DNA from: Candidatus Falkowbacteria bacterium
GTDB taxonomy: Bacteria; Patescibacteriota; Patescibacteriia; UBA11705; JABHMO01
DNA length: 64,000 nucleotides
Assembly: GCA_018674305.1 (NCBI GenBank)
Contig: JABHAL010000002.1
Location: 1,286 to 65,285, forward strand
Reading direction: 5' to 3'
Positions 39,287 to 48,998 of the stretch are shown here, in pieces. Both the position numbers and the translations under genes were made by a program. The notes beneath the pieces are model-generated. The model was not told the origin of the DNA. It saw nothing but the letters and a program-made list of their open reading frames with translations, and ran no database searches. Position 1 is the first letter of the stretch, and each line of letters opens with the position of its first letter.

Positions 39287-40870
39287 CTAAATTAACGACC
39301 GCCCTGACATTTCATCAGGAATATCAATATTCATCATTTTTAAAATCGTTGGTGCAACATCAGACAAAAGACCAATCGGCTGAACTAAACTTAAATCATT
39401 GCCTACCAACTGAACATCCTCGATTGTTTTTCCTTCAAATTGTTTGCCAATCACTAGACACGGCACAGGATTAGTACTATGCTCCTTGTCTTTTTCACCT
39501 GTTTGTAAGTTCACTAACTCTTCAGCATTACCGTGGTCTGCAACTATCATTGCCTGCCCGCCTTTTGATAAAATTAAATTCACAACATCGCCCAACAATT
39601 TATCAGTATACTCAATTGATTGAACTGTTGGCTTAATTTCACCAGTGTGACTAACCATGTCAGGATTGGCATAATTAACCACAATAAAATCATGTTTCTC
39701 ACTCATAATCTCTTTCATCAAATCATCAGTAACTTTCTTGGCTGACATTTCCGGCTTTTCTGAATATGTTGCCACCTTTGGAGAAGGAATTACAATTCTG
39801 TCTTCGCCTTCGTATGGATCCTCCGTTCCACCACTAAAGAAAAAAGTAACATGGGCATACTTTTCAGTTTCCGCAATATGCAACTGTTTGTACCCTTTTT
39901 GACTTAAAATTTTTGGTAGTGACATCTTGATTTCTTCTTTTGGAAAAATAACTTCTACTGGTAGGCCCTCCTCATATTCTGTCATTGTAGCAAAAAACAA
40001 ATTTGCAATTTTTTCACTTCTCTGAAACTTATCAAAATCATCCATAACAAAAGCTTTAGTCAACTGCCTAGCACGATCAGCTCGATAATTGAAATATATC
40101 ACCGCATCGTTTTTTTCAACTACAGAAGTTGGCCTTCCATCTTTACCAATTACAACTGGCTCAAACTCTTCATCATAAACTTTATGCTTATAAGAACCCT
40201 GAACTGCTTTTACTGGATTTTTGTAATACTCTTCACTTTTTCCTTCGACCATTGCTCGATATGTTTTTTCTATCCTTTCCCAACGATTATCACGATCCAT
40301 AGCAAACATACGTCCATGCAGAGAAGCCACTACGCCAACACCAATTTCCTTGAATTTTTCCTCAAGTTCTTGAATGAATCCTTCACCACTATTATATGGT
40401 GAATCACGGCCATCTAAAAATGCATGTACATACACTTCTTTAACTTTATTTTTCTTGGCTAATTCCAAAAGACCATAACAATGACTGTTCATACCATGAA
40501 CCTTACCTTCACTCATCAACCCCACAAGATGCAATTTTGAATTATGTTTTTGTACATGAGCAATTGCCTTCTTGAGAGTTTCATTTTCAAAGATTGTCTC
40601 ATCCTCAATTGCCTTGCTAATCCTAGGTAAGTTTTGATAAAAAATCTTCCCTACACCTAAATTCAAATGACCAACTTCCGAATTCCCCATTTCACCCCAG
40701 GATAACCCCACAGCCTCACCTGAAGCTAACAAAGTCATAGCAGGATAATTTGCTACTAATTTATCAAAATTAGGTGTTTTGGCCAAAGTCACACCATTAC
40801 CTTCTGACGCTGGAGCAATTCCCCAACCATCAAGAATTATAAGTACAACTGGTTTAGGTATTTTTTGCAT
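39287..40870 (-). CDS. gpmI: 2,3-bisphosphoglycerate-independent phosphoglycerate mutase, copy 1
   Basis: ILDGWGIA, GNSEVGH (phospho-Ser) and metal-ligand motifs. Confidence 0.85.
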   Translation of the reverse strand: MQKIPKPVVLIILDGWGIAPASEGNGVTLAKTPNFDKLVANYPAMTLLASGEAVGLSWGEMGNSEVGHLNLGVGKIFYQNLPRISKAIEDETIFENETLKKAIAHVQKHNSKLHLVGLMSEGKVHGMNSHCYGLLELAKKNKVKEVYVHAFLDGRDSPYNSGEGFIQELEEKFKEIGVGVVASLHGRMFAMDRDNRWERIEKTYRAMVEGKSEEYYKNPVKAVQGSYKHKVYDEEFEPVVIGKDGRPTSVVEKNDAVIYFNYRADRARQLTKAFVMDDFDKFQRSEKIANLFFATMTEYEEGLPVEVIFPKEEIKMSLPKILSQKGYKQLHIAETEKYAHVTFFFSGGTEDPYEGEDRIVIPSPKVATYSEKPEMSAKKVTDDLMKEIMSEKHDFIVVNYANPDMVSHTGEIKPTVQSIEYTDKLLGDVVNLILSKGGQAMIVADHGNAEELVNLQTGEKDKEHSTNPVPCLVIGKQFEGKTIEDVQLVGNDLSLVQPIGLLSDVAPTILKMMNIDIPDEMSGRSLI

Positions 40871-40877
40871 ATTTTGT

Positions 40878-42422
40878 TTATTTTATTAGAGATTTTTTTA
40901 TTTTTTTTGAAATATTTTCTTGATTATATAAATCATATACTGTTGGCGCAATATCACCTAGAATACCTTTTCTTAATTTAACCCCCTTGTGTTCATCAGA
41001 AACTAGAACAAACGGGACTGGATTAGTAGTATGCCCAGTCCAAATCTCATTTGTTTTTAAATCAATCATTTTTTCAGCATTACCATGGTCAGCAGTTATA
41101 ATTATAACACCTTTATTTTTTAATACTAGCTTAGTCAATTCACCAATACATTTATCTACATGGTTGACTGCCTCCACGACTGCCTTCAAATTACCCGTAT
41201 GACCTATCATGTCTGGATTAGCAAAATTAATTGCAAAGAAATCGAATTTTTTTCTTTCAATAAATTGTTTTACTTTGTTAGTTATTTTGTAAACACTCAT
41301 TTCAGGTTTAAGTGCATAACTTTTCACTCGAGGTGAATTAATTTTAAGCCTTGCTTCACCGTTTACCGGATCAGCTGAACCTCCATTCATAAAGTAAGTA
41401 ACATGGGCATATTTTTCTGTTTCTGCAATATAAAGCTGTTTTTTGTCATCCAAAATTATTGGCAAAGTTGCATTTAATTCAGCAGCAGGATAGGCAGTTA
41501 AAATATGATCTAAATCTGGGCCAAAATCAGTTAAAGCACAAAACTCCAACCCTTTGTATACTTTAGATCGACGAAAAGCACCTTTATTCATTCTATTAAA
41601 ATCATGTTGAACAAAACATTTGCTCAACTGCCTGGAGCGATCAGAACGCGCATTGAAAAATATCACTCCATCTTTTTCTTTTATTCTAGTCTTTTCTGTC
41701 TGCTTTTTGTCTTTACCAATAACACACGGCTCGATAAACTCATCCGTTTGCTTTTGATTATAAGCATGTACGATCGCATCACGATAATCATTAAAAAATG
41801 CTCCTTTTCCAATAGTCATGCAGTCGTAAGCTTTTTGAGTTCGTTTCCAGTTTTTACCTCGATCCATAGCATAAAACCTACCAATCAAACTAACAATTAC
41901 AGCTTTACCGTAAACATTTTTCAATACTTCATCAACAATTTTCAAAGCATGAAACTGCGGCGCATCACGCCCATCCGTAAACAAGTGTAAATATATTTTC
42001 CGAAGCCCTTTACTGTAAGCTAAATCAACCAAAGAATACAAATGATCCAAAGATGAATGTGGACTTTCTCCATCTGAAACCATTCCCATCAAGTGCAAGG
42101 CTGATTTATTTTTTTTGACTACTTCAATTGTTTGATTTAAAGCTGAATTTTTCTTAAATCGTCCATTCAAAATGTCTTCGGAAATCTCAACTGCGTCGTC
42201 TTTGACAACTCTTCCTGCGCCTATATTAATATGCCCAGCCTCAGAATTCCCAACATAATGTTTTGGTAAACCAACATTAAGACCATGAGCTTTTAATTCT
42301 GTATGCGGATACTTTTTCCAAAGCAAATCAAAGTTTGGCTTTTTCGCCAACTCAATTGCATTGCCTTTGCTTTTTGGTGCAATTCCCCATCCATCTAGAA
42401 TTAATAATACTACAGGTCCCAT
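40878..42422 (-). CDS. 2,3-bisphosphoglycerate-independent phosphoglycerate mutase, copy 2 (divergent tandem paralog)
   Basis: ILDGWGIA and GNSEAGH motifs. Approximately 35-40% identical to copy 1. Confidence 0.75.
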   Translation of the reverse strand: MGPVVLLILDGWGIAPKSKGNAIELAKKPNFDLLWKKYPHTELKAHGLNVGLPKHYVGNSEAGHINIGAGRVVKDDAVEISEDILNGRFKKNSALNQTIEVVKKNKSALHLMGMVSDGESPHSSLDHLYSLVDLAYSKGLRKIYLHLFTDGRDAPQFHALKIVDEVLKNVYGKAVIVSLIGRFYAMDRGKNWKRTQKAYDCMTIGKGAFFNDYRDAIVHAYNQKQTDEFIEPCVIGKDKKQTEKTRIKEKDGVIFFNARSDRSRQLSKCFVQHDFNRMNKGAFRRSKVYKGLEFCALTDFGPDLDHILTAYPAAELNATLPIILDDKKQLYIAETEKYAHVTYFMNGGSADPVNGEARLKINSPRVKSYALKPEMSVYKITNKVKQFIERKKFDFFAINFANPDMIGHTGNLKAVVEAVNHVDKCIGELTKLVLKNKGVIIITADHGNAEKMIDLKTNEIWTGHTTNPVPFVLVSDEHKGVKLRKGILGDIAPTVYDLYNQENISKKIKKSLIK

Positions 42423-42431
42423 AGAATAATC

Positions 42432-42677
42432 TTACATTTGTGAATCAAAACCACTGATGGTATTAATAAAATCTTCTTCAATTTGTTCAGCAGCTTCCGG
42501 ATTCGTCTTTTTTAGTTCATCAATCGCCCTGTGTCTGGCACTTTCTGATGCTCTCAAAGCTTCTTTTAACATCGTCATTTTTTCCATCACCAAGGCTTTA
42601 GCTTTTTCAACTAAAACATCTAAAGTAACTCCCTCTTTTCCTTCAACTGTTCTTGGTATTTCCATCTCTGTATTCAT
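42432..42677 (-). CDS. small hypothetical protein
   Basis: 81-aa ORF between gpmI and eno. Confidence 0.3.
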   Translation of the reverse strand: MNTEMEIPRTVEGKEGVTLDVLVEKAKALVMEKMTMLKEALRASESARHRAIDELKKTNPEAAEQIEEDFINTISGFDSQM

Positions 42678-42698
42678 ATTTTTTTTGGAACTTATTAA

Positions 42699-43958
42699 TT
42701 ATTTTAAGTCTAATTCAATCGACATTAAACGATTATACTTAGCCACTCGCTCACTGCGAGACAAAGATCCGGTTTTGATAAAATCTGCATTAACCGCAAC
42801 TGCCAAATCAGCAATAAAGGTATCACAAGTTTCACCTGATCGATGTGAAATGCTAACTTTATACTTATGTTTTTTTGCTAAGTAAATTGCATTAATGGTC
42901 TCTGTTAAACTACCAATCTGATTTAGCTTGATTAAAATCCCATTACCAACTCCCATATCTATCCCCTTTTGCAGACGTTCAACATTTGTAACAAACAAAT
43001 CATCGCCAATTAAAGTTACTTGAGAACCAATAAAACCAGTTGCTTTCATCCAGTTAATCCAATCATCCTCATCTAATGGATCTTCAAGTGAGATTATTGG
43101 ATATTTTTTCAACCATTTATCAAGAGTTTTTATAACTTCATCTGCTGAAACTTTTTTCTTTCCGGATTTATCATTCAATGAATAATTTCCGGATTTTTTA
43201 TCATAATATTCAGACAAGGCCAAATCAGATGCTAGAAACGCATCCTTTCCAGGTTTATATCCTGCTTTTTTAATTGCTTTTATAATAAATTCAAAAGCCT
43301 CTTCATTTGATTTTAAATTAGGCGCGAACCCACCTTCATCACCAACCAACGTTTGGTAACCTGCGTCTTTTAATAACTTTTTAAGAGAATGGAAAACTTC
43401 TGCACCAATTCGAACTCGCTTTGCAAAAGAAGGCGCCTTTGGCACAACCATAAACTCCTGAACTGTGACTGAATTATCAGCATGTTTTCCGCCGTTGATA
43501 ATATTCATGGTTGGCAATGGCATCTTCCATCCCTTTTCTTTCAGCTTGTAAGTTTCTCGAATATAACGATAAAGTGGTTTTTTCTTTGCTCTAGCGCCTG
43601 CTCGAGCGCACGCTAAAGAGACAGCTAAAATTGCATTAGCACCAAGTTTTGCTTTGTTCGGTGTACCATCAAGATCAAGCATCAACTGATCAATCTTTTT
43701 CTGTAGAGTAACATTGATACCTTTTAACTTAGGTGCGATTTTTCTATTTACATTGTTAACAGCTTTTAATACGCCCTTCCCGTTGTATCTTTTTTTGTCA
43801 CCATCTCTTAATTCTAATGCTTCATGAATTCCAGTAGAAGCTCCGGATGGGACAAAGGCCCTAGCTTTTATCCCGTTAGTTAATTCTACCTGTGCTAACA
43901 CAGTTGGATTACCACGAGAGTCCAAAATTTCACGAGCAAAAACTTTTTTGATTTTCAT
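42699..43958 (-). CDS. eno: enolase
   Basis: 419 aa. Conserved SHRSGETED-like segment ([19 protein letters not shown]). Confidence 0.9.
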   Translation of the reverse strand: MKIKKVFAREILDSRGNPTVLAQVELTNGIKARAFVPSGASTGIHEALELRDGDKKRYNGKGVLKAVNNVNRKIAPKLKGINVTLQKKIDQLMLDLDGTPNKAKLGANAILAVSLACARAGARAKKKPLYRYIRETYKLKEKGWKMPLPTMNIINGGKHADNSVTVQEFMVVPKAPSFAKRVRIGAEVFHSLKKLLKDAGYQTLVGDEGGFAPNLKSNEEAFEFIIKAIKKAGYKPGKDAFLASDLALSEYYDKKSGNYSLNDKSGKKKVSADEVIKTLDKWLKKYPIISLEDPLDEDDWINWMKATGFIGSQVTLIGDDLFVTNVERLQKGIDMGVGNGILIKLNQIGSLTETINAIYLAKKHKYKVSISHRSGETCDTFIADLAVAVNADFIKTGSLSRSERVAKYNRLMSIELDLK

Positions 43959-43962
43959 AATA

Positions 43963-45120
43963 TTATTTTAATAATGATTTAACACCTGGTAAATTTTTTC
44001 CAGCTAAAAACTCTAACATGGCCCCACCGCCAGTAGAAATGAAGTCATAATACCGACCCATTCCTGACATTTCAATTGCCAAGGTTGTTTCGCCACCTCC
44101 AGCAATACCAATATTTTTTCCCGATGACCGTGCACCAATTAATTTAGCTAATGCTATAGTGCCATGACTAAATTTTTTATTTTCCAGCAAGCCCATTGGA
44201 CCGCCCCACACAATAGTTCTGGCTTCACGAATATGTTTTGAAAATAATTTAATTGTTTCAGGTCCAATATCTAAAATCATTTCATTTCTATTGCATAAAT
44301 TCTTATCTTTTCCGATTTTCTTGACAACAATTTTTCGCATTGATTTATCAGAAATAATAACATCTTTTGGTAATAATATTTTTCTTGAATTCAACATTTT
44401 TTTTGCTTTTGATATTTTTGACACTTCAACCAAAGAATCTCCAATTTTGAAACCTTTCGCTAACAAAAATGTATTTGCCACACCTCCGGCCACCATAACT
44501 TTCGAATAAGTTTTTAGAAAGTTTTCTACTACATCAAACTTTGTTTTTACTTTTGCTCCGCCAATCAAAGCAACTGCCGGCTTTTTCGGATTCAATGCCT
44601 TACTTAAATACTTTACTTCATTCTCAAAATTCAATCCCGCGTAACTTGGTAAAAACTTAGTGATTCCAACAGTAGAAGCAGTTTTGCGATGACTAACAGC
44701 AAACGCCTCGTTTACAAAAACATCACCAAGTTTTGCCAATTCCTTCGCAAGCACTAAGTTATTTTCATCTTCTCTTTTATCGTAGCGAACATTTTCAAGT
44801 AACAACACTGTGGCAGTCCCAGACTTGAATTTGACATCAACACCTTTTAACTGCTTTTTCAAAACCTTGTAAACTGGCTCCAAACTTAGACTTTTCACAC
44901 GTCGACCTTCAGGTCTTCCAAAATGAGAGATCAAAACTATTTTACATTTTTGCTTTATTAAATATTTAATAGTAGGTAAAGCTCTCTCAATCTTAAAATC
45001 ATCCTGGACCTTGCCTTTAATTATTGGGACATTAAAATCTACACGAAGGACAATTCGTTTATTTTTCAAATCCTCCTCCGGCATTCGCCGAACTTTGTTT
45101 TTAATTGATTTTAATTTCAT
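43963..45120 (-). CDS. pgk: phosphoglycerate kinase
   Basis: 385 aa with N-domain RVDFNVP and C-domain GGGA motifs. Confidence 0.9.
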   Translation of the reverse strand: MKLKSIKNKVRRMPEEDLKNKRIVLRVDFNVPIIKGKVQDDFKIERALPTIKYLIKQKCKIVLISHFGRPEGRRVKSLSLEPVYKVLKKQLKGVDVKFKSGTATVLLLENVRYDKREDENNLVLAKELAKLGDVFVNEAFAVSHRKTASTVGITKFLPSYAGLNFENEVKYLSKALNPKKPAVALIGGAKVKTKFDVVENFLKTYSKVMVAGGVANTFLLAKGFKIGDSLVEVSKISKAKKMLNSRKILLPKDVIISDKSMRKIVVKKIGKDKNLCNRNEMILDIGPETIKLFSKHIREARTIVWGGPMGLLENKKFSHGTIALAKLIGARSSGKNIGIAGGGETTLAIEMSGMGRYYDFISTGGGAMLEFLAGKNLPGVKSLLK

Positions 45121-45129
45121 TTTTTTATT

Positions 45130-45384
45130 TTAATCCCCTGCAATCGAAATCAATTCCCAGGAGCTACCGTCAACTTTGTTAATTTTAACTTTTGCGCCCT
45201 CGGCAACTGTATTTCTACTCAACATCTGTAAATTGAACTCTAAATTTTCAGAACTAATATCTGCACCATGTTCGATCACTGAACCCAAATCAATCAAAAT
45301 CTTCTTAACCTGCTTGAGGTTATTTTTTTTCGCTTGTTCCAGCACAAGCTTGTGGATTTTGTCCGCTACATGAAGATCATGCAT
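45130..45384 (-). CDS. HypA-like nickel metallochaperone N-domain; lacks the C-terminal zinc-binding CxxC module
   Basis: MHDLHVADKIHKLVLEQAKKNNLKQVKKILIDLGSV...VAEGAKVKI aligns with HypA MHE...EEHAKKN...GCKL. It has no Cys and stops at 84 aa. Confidence 0.5.
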   Translation of the reverse strand: MHDLHVADKIHKLVLEQAKKNNLKQVKKILIDLGSVIEHGADISSENLEFNLQMLSRNTVAEGAKVKINKVDGSSWELISIAGD

Positions 45385-45517
45385 AATTTTTTGATATATT
45401 AATTATAGCATAATATTTATTGTAATTAAAATTACTTTATTGACAAAAGAGGTCTTTATTGTTATATTAATAAAAATGAACGTTAACAAGCAGAAATGCT
45501 TTATATAGGAGGAGGTT

Positions 45518-46288
45518 ATGGTCTGGACAAGTGCAGATGAAAGCCGAGCACGCAGAGAGGGGTTCAGTGTTGAGCAAGAAAGAAATCGCCAACGGTATAT
45601 AGATCACATTAAGGCGAATAATGCTCTACAAGAGAAAGAAAAAGAAAGAAAAAAAAGAGAAAAAGAAAAAGATGATGATAAGATGAAAGTCCAGTTAGTA
45701 TTGATGTTCTTTGTTGCTCCAGTTGTGATTATTTTTATGATTGTCCTTTTAATCATTCAAATATCTGGCAACGGTCACATCCTCACCGGTGATTCCAAAA
45801 TTGCTTCTGAGTATAAGCAAAAGAGAAAGGAAGTAGTAGAACTGCAAGAAAAATTGTCCGAAAAAATAACTAAACTGGGAGTTGCTGAAACAGAATTCAA
45901 AGCAACAATCGCTAGCAATGTTGGGACAATTCAGAGTAACATTAGACGTGGGCAAATCAGGAGCTTCAATGATGCAGTAAGGAATCAAGAAAGCAACACC
46001 AAACTCAAGATAATTGCCAAAGCACAAGCTTATCTCGAAATCGTGACTGCTGAGAAAAGAGCAGTTGCCAGAGCGGGTGTTGAGCTTCAAGGAATACGGG
46101 CTAATCTTGACCTTGATCTAACAATGCTAAAAGCGACAGATCAAGAAGAAATGGACGATTTGATTAAAAAGCTTGATAATGTCATCACAAAAATCAAGCC
46201 TGTAGCAGAGGAATACGTAATCAATGATTACAACAGAGGTTCCTCAGATCTCAAAAGCACTTGGAATAAATATTTTATTCAGAAGTAG
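45518..46288 (+). CDS. membrane-anchored (signal-anchor) protein carrying the shared ~150-aa helical domain; cassette member 1
   Basis: Charged N-terminus then TM helix VQLVLMFFVAPVVIIFMIVLLII. The C-terminal domain A.QKAQAY...LDLDLTML...VITKIKP is shared with the next three genes. It has its own TTGACA-17-TATATT promoter and a terminator at 46294-46322. Confidence 0.6.
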   Translation: MVWTSADESRARREGFSVEQERNRQRYIDHIKANNALQEKEKERKKREKEKDDDKMKVQLVLMFFVAPVVIIFMIVLLIIQISGNGHILTGDSKIASEYKQKRKEVVELQEKLSEKITKLGVAETEFKATIASNVGTIQSNIRRGQIRSFNDAVRNQESNTKLKIIAKAQAYLEIVTAEKRAVARAGVELQGIRANLDLDLTMLKATDQEEMDDLIKKLDNVITKIKPVAEEYVINDYNRGSSDLKSTWNKYFIQK

Positions 46289-46402
46289 ACGTGGACTCGA
46301 CAATCTTATTGTCGAGTTTTTAAATTCAGAAAACATTGACAAATAACTAGAAATAAGGGAAAATAACCTAATTGAACTTTAACAACAAAACAAGGGGGAA
46401 AC

Positions 46403-46951
46403 ATGCGACATCATACAATATGTTTTTTTACATTAATATTTCTTCTTTGTTTACCCACCTGCAACAAAAGAGATGCAAAAAAGGAAACTAAGGAAAAATA
46501 TGAAACTGTAATTTCCTTAATGGAAAAACTACATGAGAAGCATGTCAACATTGACAACACAATAAAAAAGTTCAAAGACAAAAAAACTGAATTCAAAAAA
46601 GCCATCAAAGGGATTAAATCCAAACGTGGAATTTCGTCTTATGCTGAGGCAGAAAACAACAAGCCTTTAATGATCCATCTAACAGCCTACCAAAAAGTTG
46701 AAGCATATTTAAAAATACTTAAGGAAGAAGATAAAAAAACTGAACAAGCCGCCATTGAATTATATGGTATTCAGATGCAACTTGAGCTTGACATTGAAAT
46801 GCTTGAAAGCATAGAAAATGCCGACCTGGAAGAAACACTTAAGCAATTGAATTTAGTGATTGACAAAATCCAGCCTACAGCAGATAACCTGGTATTAAAT
46901 GATGAAAACACACCCAAAACGCCACTAGAAAAACTTTTCAATGAACTTTGA
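46403..46951 (+). CDS. lipoprotein carrying the shared domain; cassette member 2
   Basis: MRHHTICFFTLIFLLCLPTCNK lipobox-like signal. Domain ...YQKVEAYLKIL...LELDIEML...VIDKIQPTADNLVLNDENTPKTPLEKLFNE. Terminator at 46964-46993. Confidence 0.6.
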   Translation: MRHHTICFFTLIFLLCLPTCNKRDAKKETKEKYETVISLMEKLHEKHVNIDNTIKKFKDKKTEFKKAIKGIKSKRGISSYAEAENNKPLMIHLTAYQKVEAYLKILKEEDKKTEQAAIELYGIQMQLELDIEMLESIENADLEETLKQLNLVIDKIQPTADNLVLNDENTPKTPLEKLFNEL

Positions 46952-47066
46952 AAACAACTCATCAAAACCAGCACCACACCGTGCTGGTTTTTTCATTGAC
47001 AAATCATAAAAAATAAGGGAAAATAACCTAATTGGACTTTGACAACAACCCATTGAGGAGGCCTTA

Positions 47067-48887
47067 ATGAAACATTACTTGAATACAATAGTTCTCCTAC
47101 TTGTTATTATTTTCTTCTCGGTGACCTGCAGTAAAAATGAACAGCCAAATGAAGTCATAGATTCAAAACCCAACAGCTCCGCTAAACTACTTGCTAAATT
47201 CAAGCACACACAAGCAGTTTATGGAATTGACTGGCATCCTGATGGAAAACTAATTGCATCTAGACACTACCGAGACACAGCTTTCATCTGGAACACTGAA
47301 AACAAAACTCGACAATTTGTTCATGATGGCAAGCAACTCACCGACATAAAATTCAGTACTGATGGTAGTTACTTAGCCTTTATTGATCACGAAATTTCTA
47401 AATATAGCTGTCAGCGCGAATGTCGTTACTCTGACTATGAACGTTGCAATGACTGCAAGAAAAAACACGAGAACGATTACGATGTGAGATTCTTGTCAAA
47501 AGTCTACGACCTTAGACTAAAACATTACTTAAAAGAAATAGCAAGTGGCTCCGCTCAAACAATCTCAGCTGACCTCAAGGTATATGTCACCCACGCTCTC
47601 GATTCAAAAATAATCTACTTTGATGGGACATACTTCTTTTCCTCCAGCAGTCGTGCAGGGATGGAGACTTTCATAGAGTCTAGTTCGAAAAATCACTTTT
47701 TTCATGAAGTAAAAAGTTATTCTGTGCGAAAAACAGAAGAAACAAAAGAAGGAAATACACACCTCGGCGCAATGACAATTTTCTTGTCCACAAAAGGAAA
47801 TCTGTTAAAGATTTTCAATCAAGCCGACGACGGGAAGGGGCCTCATTGTTCCATAAAACAATGCAGTCATGATTACAAAATTATGGCTGCAGAGTGGCAA
47901 CCCGGAACTAAGAAAATAACAGTTTTAAGTTCTGACAACATTCTAAGTCTTTGGGATAGTTGTTTCTCAGGTAAACAGCTTTACACCTACAATCACTCTG
48001 GCAGTGAAGCAGTGACCCTAAAATGGAATGTATCAGGTGATGTTCTGGCAGTTCAATTCATGAACAATATTTTACTGTTCAATGAAAAATTGGAACTCCA
48101 AAAAACACTGGATATTATGAGTAATGATATTGCCTGGAACAAAGATGGCAATATTTTAGCAGTCATTACCAAAAATAAAATTTATTTTTGGGACAACCTG
48201 AATTCGAATCTAACTTTTCATGAAAGTTCAGAAAAAATTAATGATTTTGCCTGGAATCCGGAATTCAATCAATTCGCCCTGGCGACTGAAGTGAATGACG
48301 ACGAAGGCTTTGTAGAAATTTGGGAGATTGACTCTTCTTATAGAATCATCGTCGCCAACAAAAAGAGAACTTCCAATAATACAGAACATCAGCTGACAAT
48401 CAAAGAAGAAACAGTAAAAAAATTAACCACTGTTCGCTCTCTCATAAAACAATTACAAAAAAAGGAAGAATCACTATCAGATGATCTTCGATCCTTCCAA
48501 ACTGACGTAGACAGATACAAATCAACAATCACTGACTTGAAACTACACAACAATATTGCAAGCTATAAAGAAGCGGTCAAGAATGACCGGATAAACAATT
48601 ATCTTGTAGCGATGCAAAAAGCTTTGGCCTACATGGACTTTATTAAACATGAGCTTTTAACTACTAGCAAAAGTTTAGTGGAGTCTGAAGGCACTCAATT
48701 ACAACTGGAGCTTGATGCAAAAATTCTGGACAGCTTAGACGAGAACAAATTGGACCAGATGATTGCTCAATTGGACTTGGTTATCACAAAAATTCAACCA
48801 AACGCCCAGGAACTCGTGATTAAAGAAAATGACACACAAAAAATACCATTAGAAAAACTATACAATGAGTATTTTGAAGATGAGTAG
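47067..48887 (+). CDS. lipoprotein with an N-terminal beta-propeller (WD40/PD40-like) and the C-terminal shared domain; cassette member 3
   Basis: Signal peptide with SVTC|S. Repeated WHPDGKLIAS / FSTDGSYLAF / WNVSGDVLAV / WNKDGNILAV blades. C-terminus ...AMQKALAYMDFI...LELDAKIL...VITKIQPNAQELVIKENDTQKIPLEKLYNEY. Terminator at 48895-48923. Confidence 0.6.
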   Translation: MKHYLNTIVLLLVIIFFSVTCSKNEQPNEVIDSKPNSSAKLLAKFKHTQAVYGIDWHPDGKLIASRHYRDTAFIWNTENKTRQFVHDGKQLTDIKFSTDGSYLAFIDHEISKYSCQRECRYSDYERCNDCKKKHENDYDVRFLSKVYDLRLKHYLKEIASGSAQTISADLKVYVTHALDSKIIYFDGTYFFSSSSRAGMETFIESSSKNHFFHEVKSYSVRKTEETKEGNTHLGAMTIFLSTKGNLLKIFNQADDGKGPHCSIKQCSHDYKIMAAEWQPGTKKITVLSSDNILSLWDSCFSGKQLYTYNHSGSEAVTLKWNVSGDVLAVQFMNNILLFNEKLELQKTLDIMSNDIAWNKDGNILAVITKNKIYFWDNLNSNLTFHESSEKINDFAWNPEFNQFALATEVNDDEGFVEIWEIDSSYRIIVANKKRTSNNTEHQLTIKEETVKKLTTVRSLIKQLQKKEESLSDDLRSFQTDVDRYKSTITDLKLHNNIASYKEAVKNDRINNYLVAMQKALAYMDFIKHELLTTSKSLVESEGTQLQLELDAKILDSLDENKLDQMIAQLDLVITKIQPNAQELVIKENDTQKIPLEKLYNEYFEDE

Positions 48888-48998
48888 ATAACACAAACCA
48901 GCACCACACCGTGCTGGTTTTATTATTGACAATAACGTAAAATATTAGTAAGATACAATGATTATGAACTTTTACAACAAAATGACAAGGAGGCCCAA

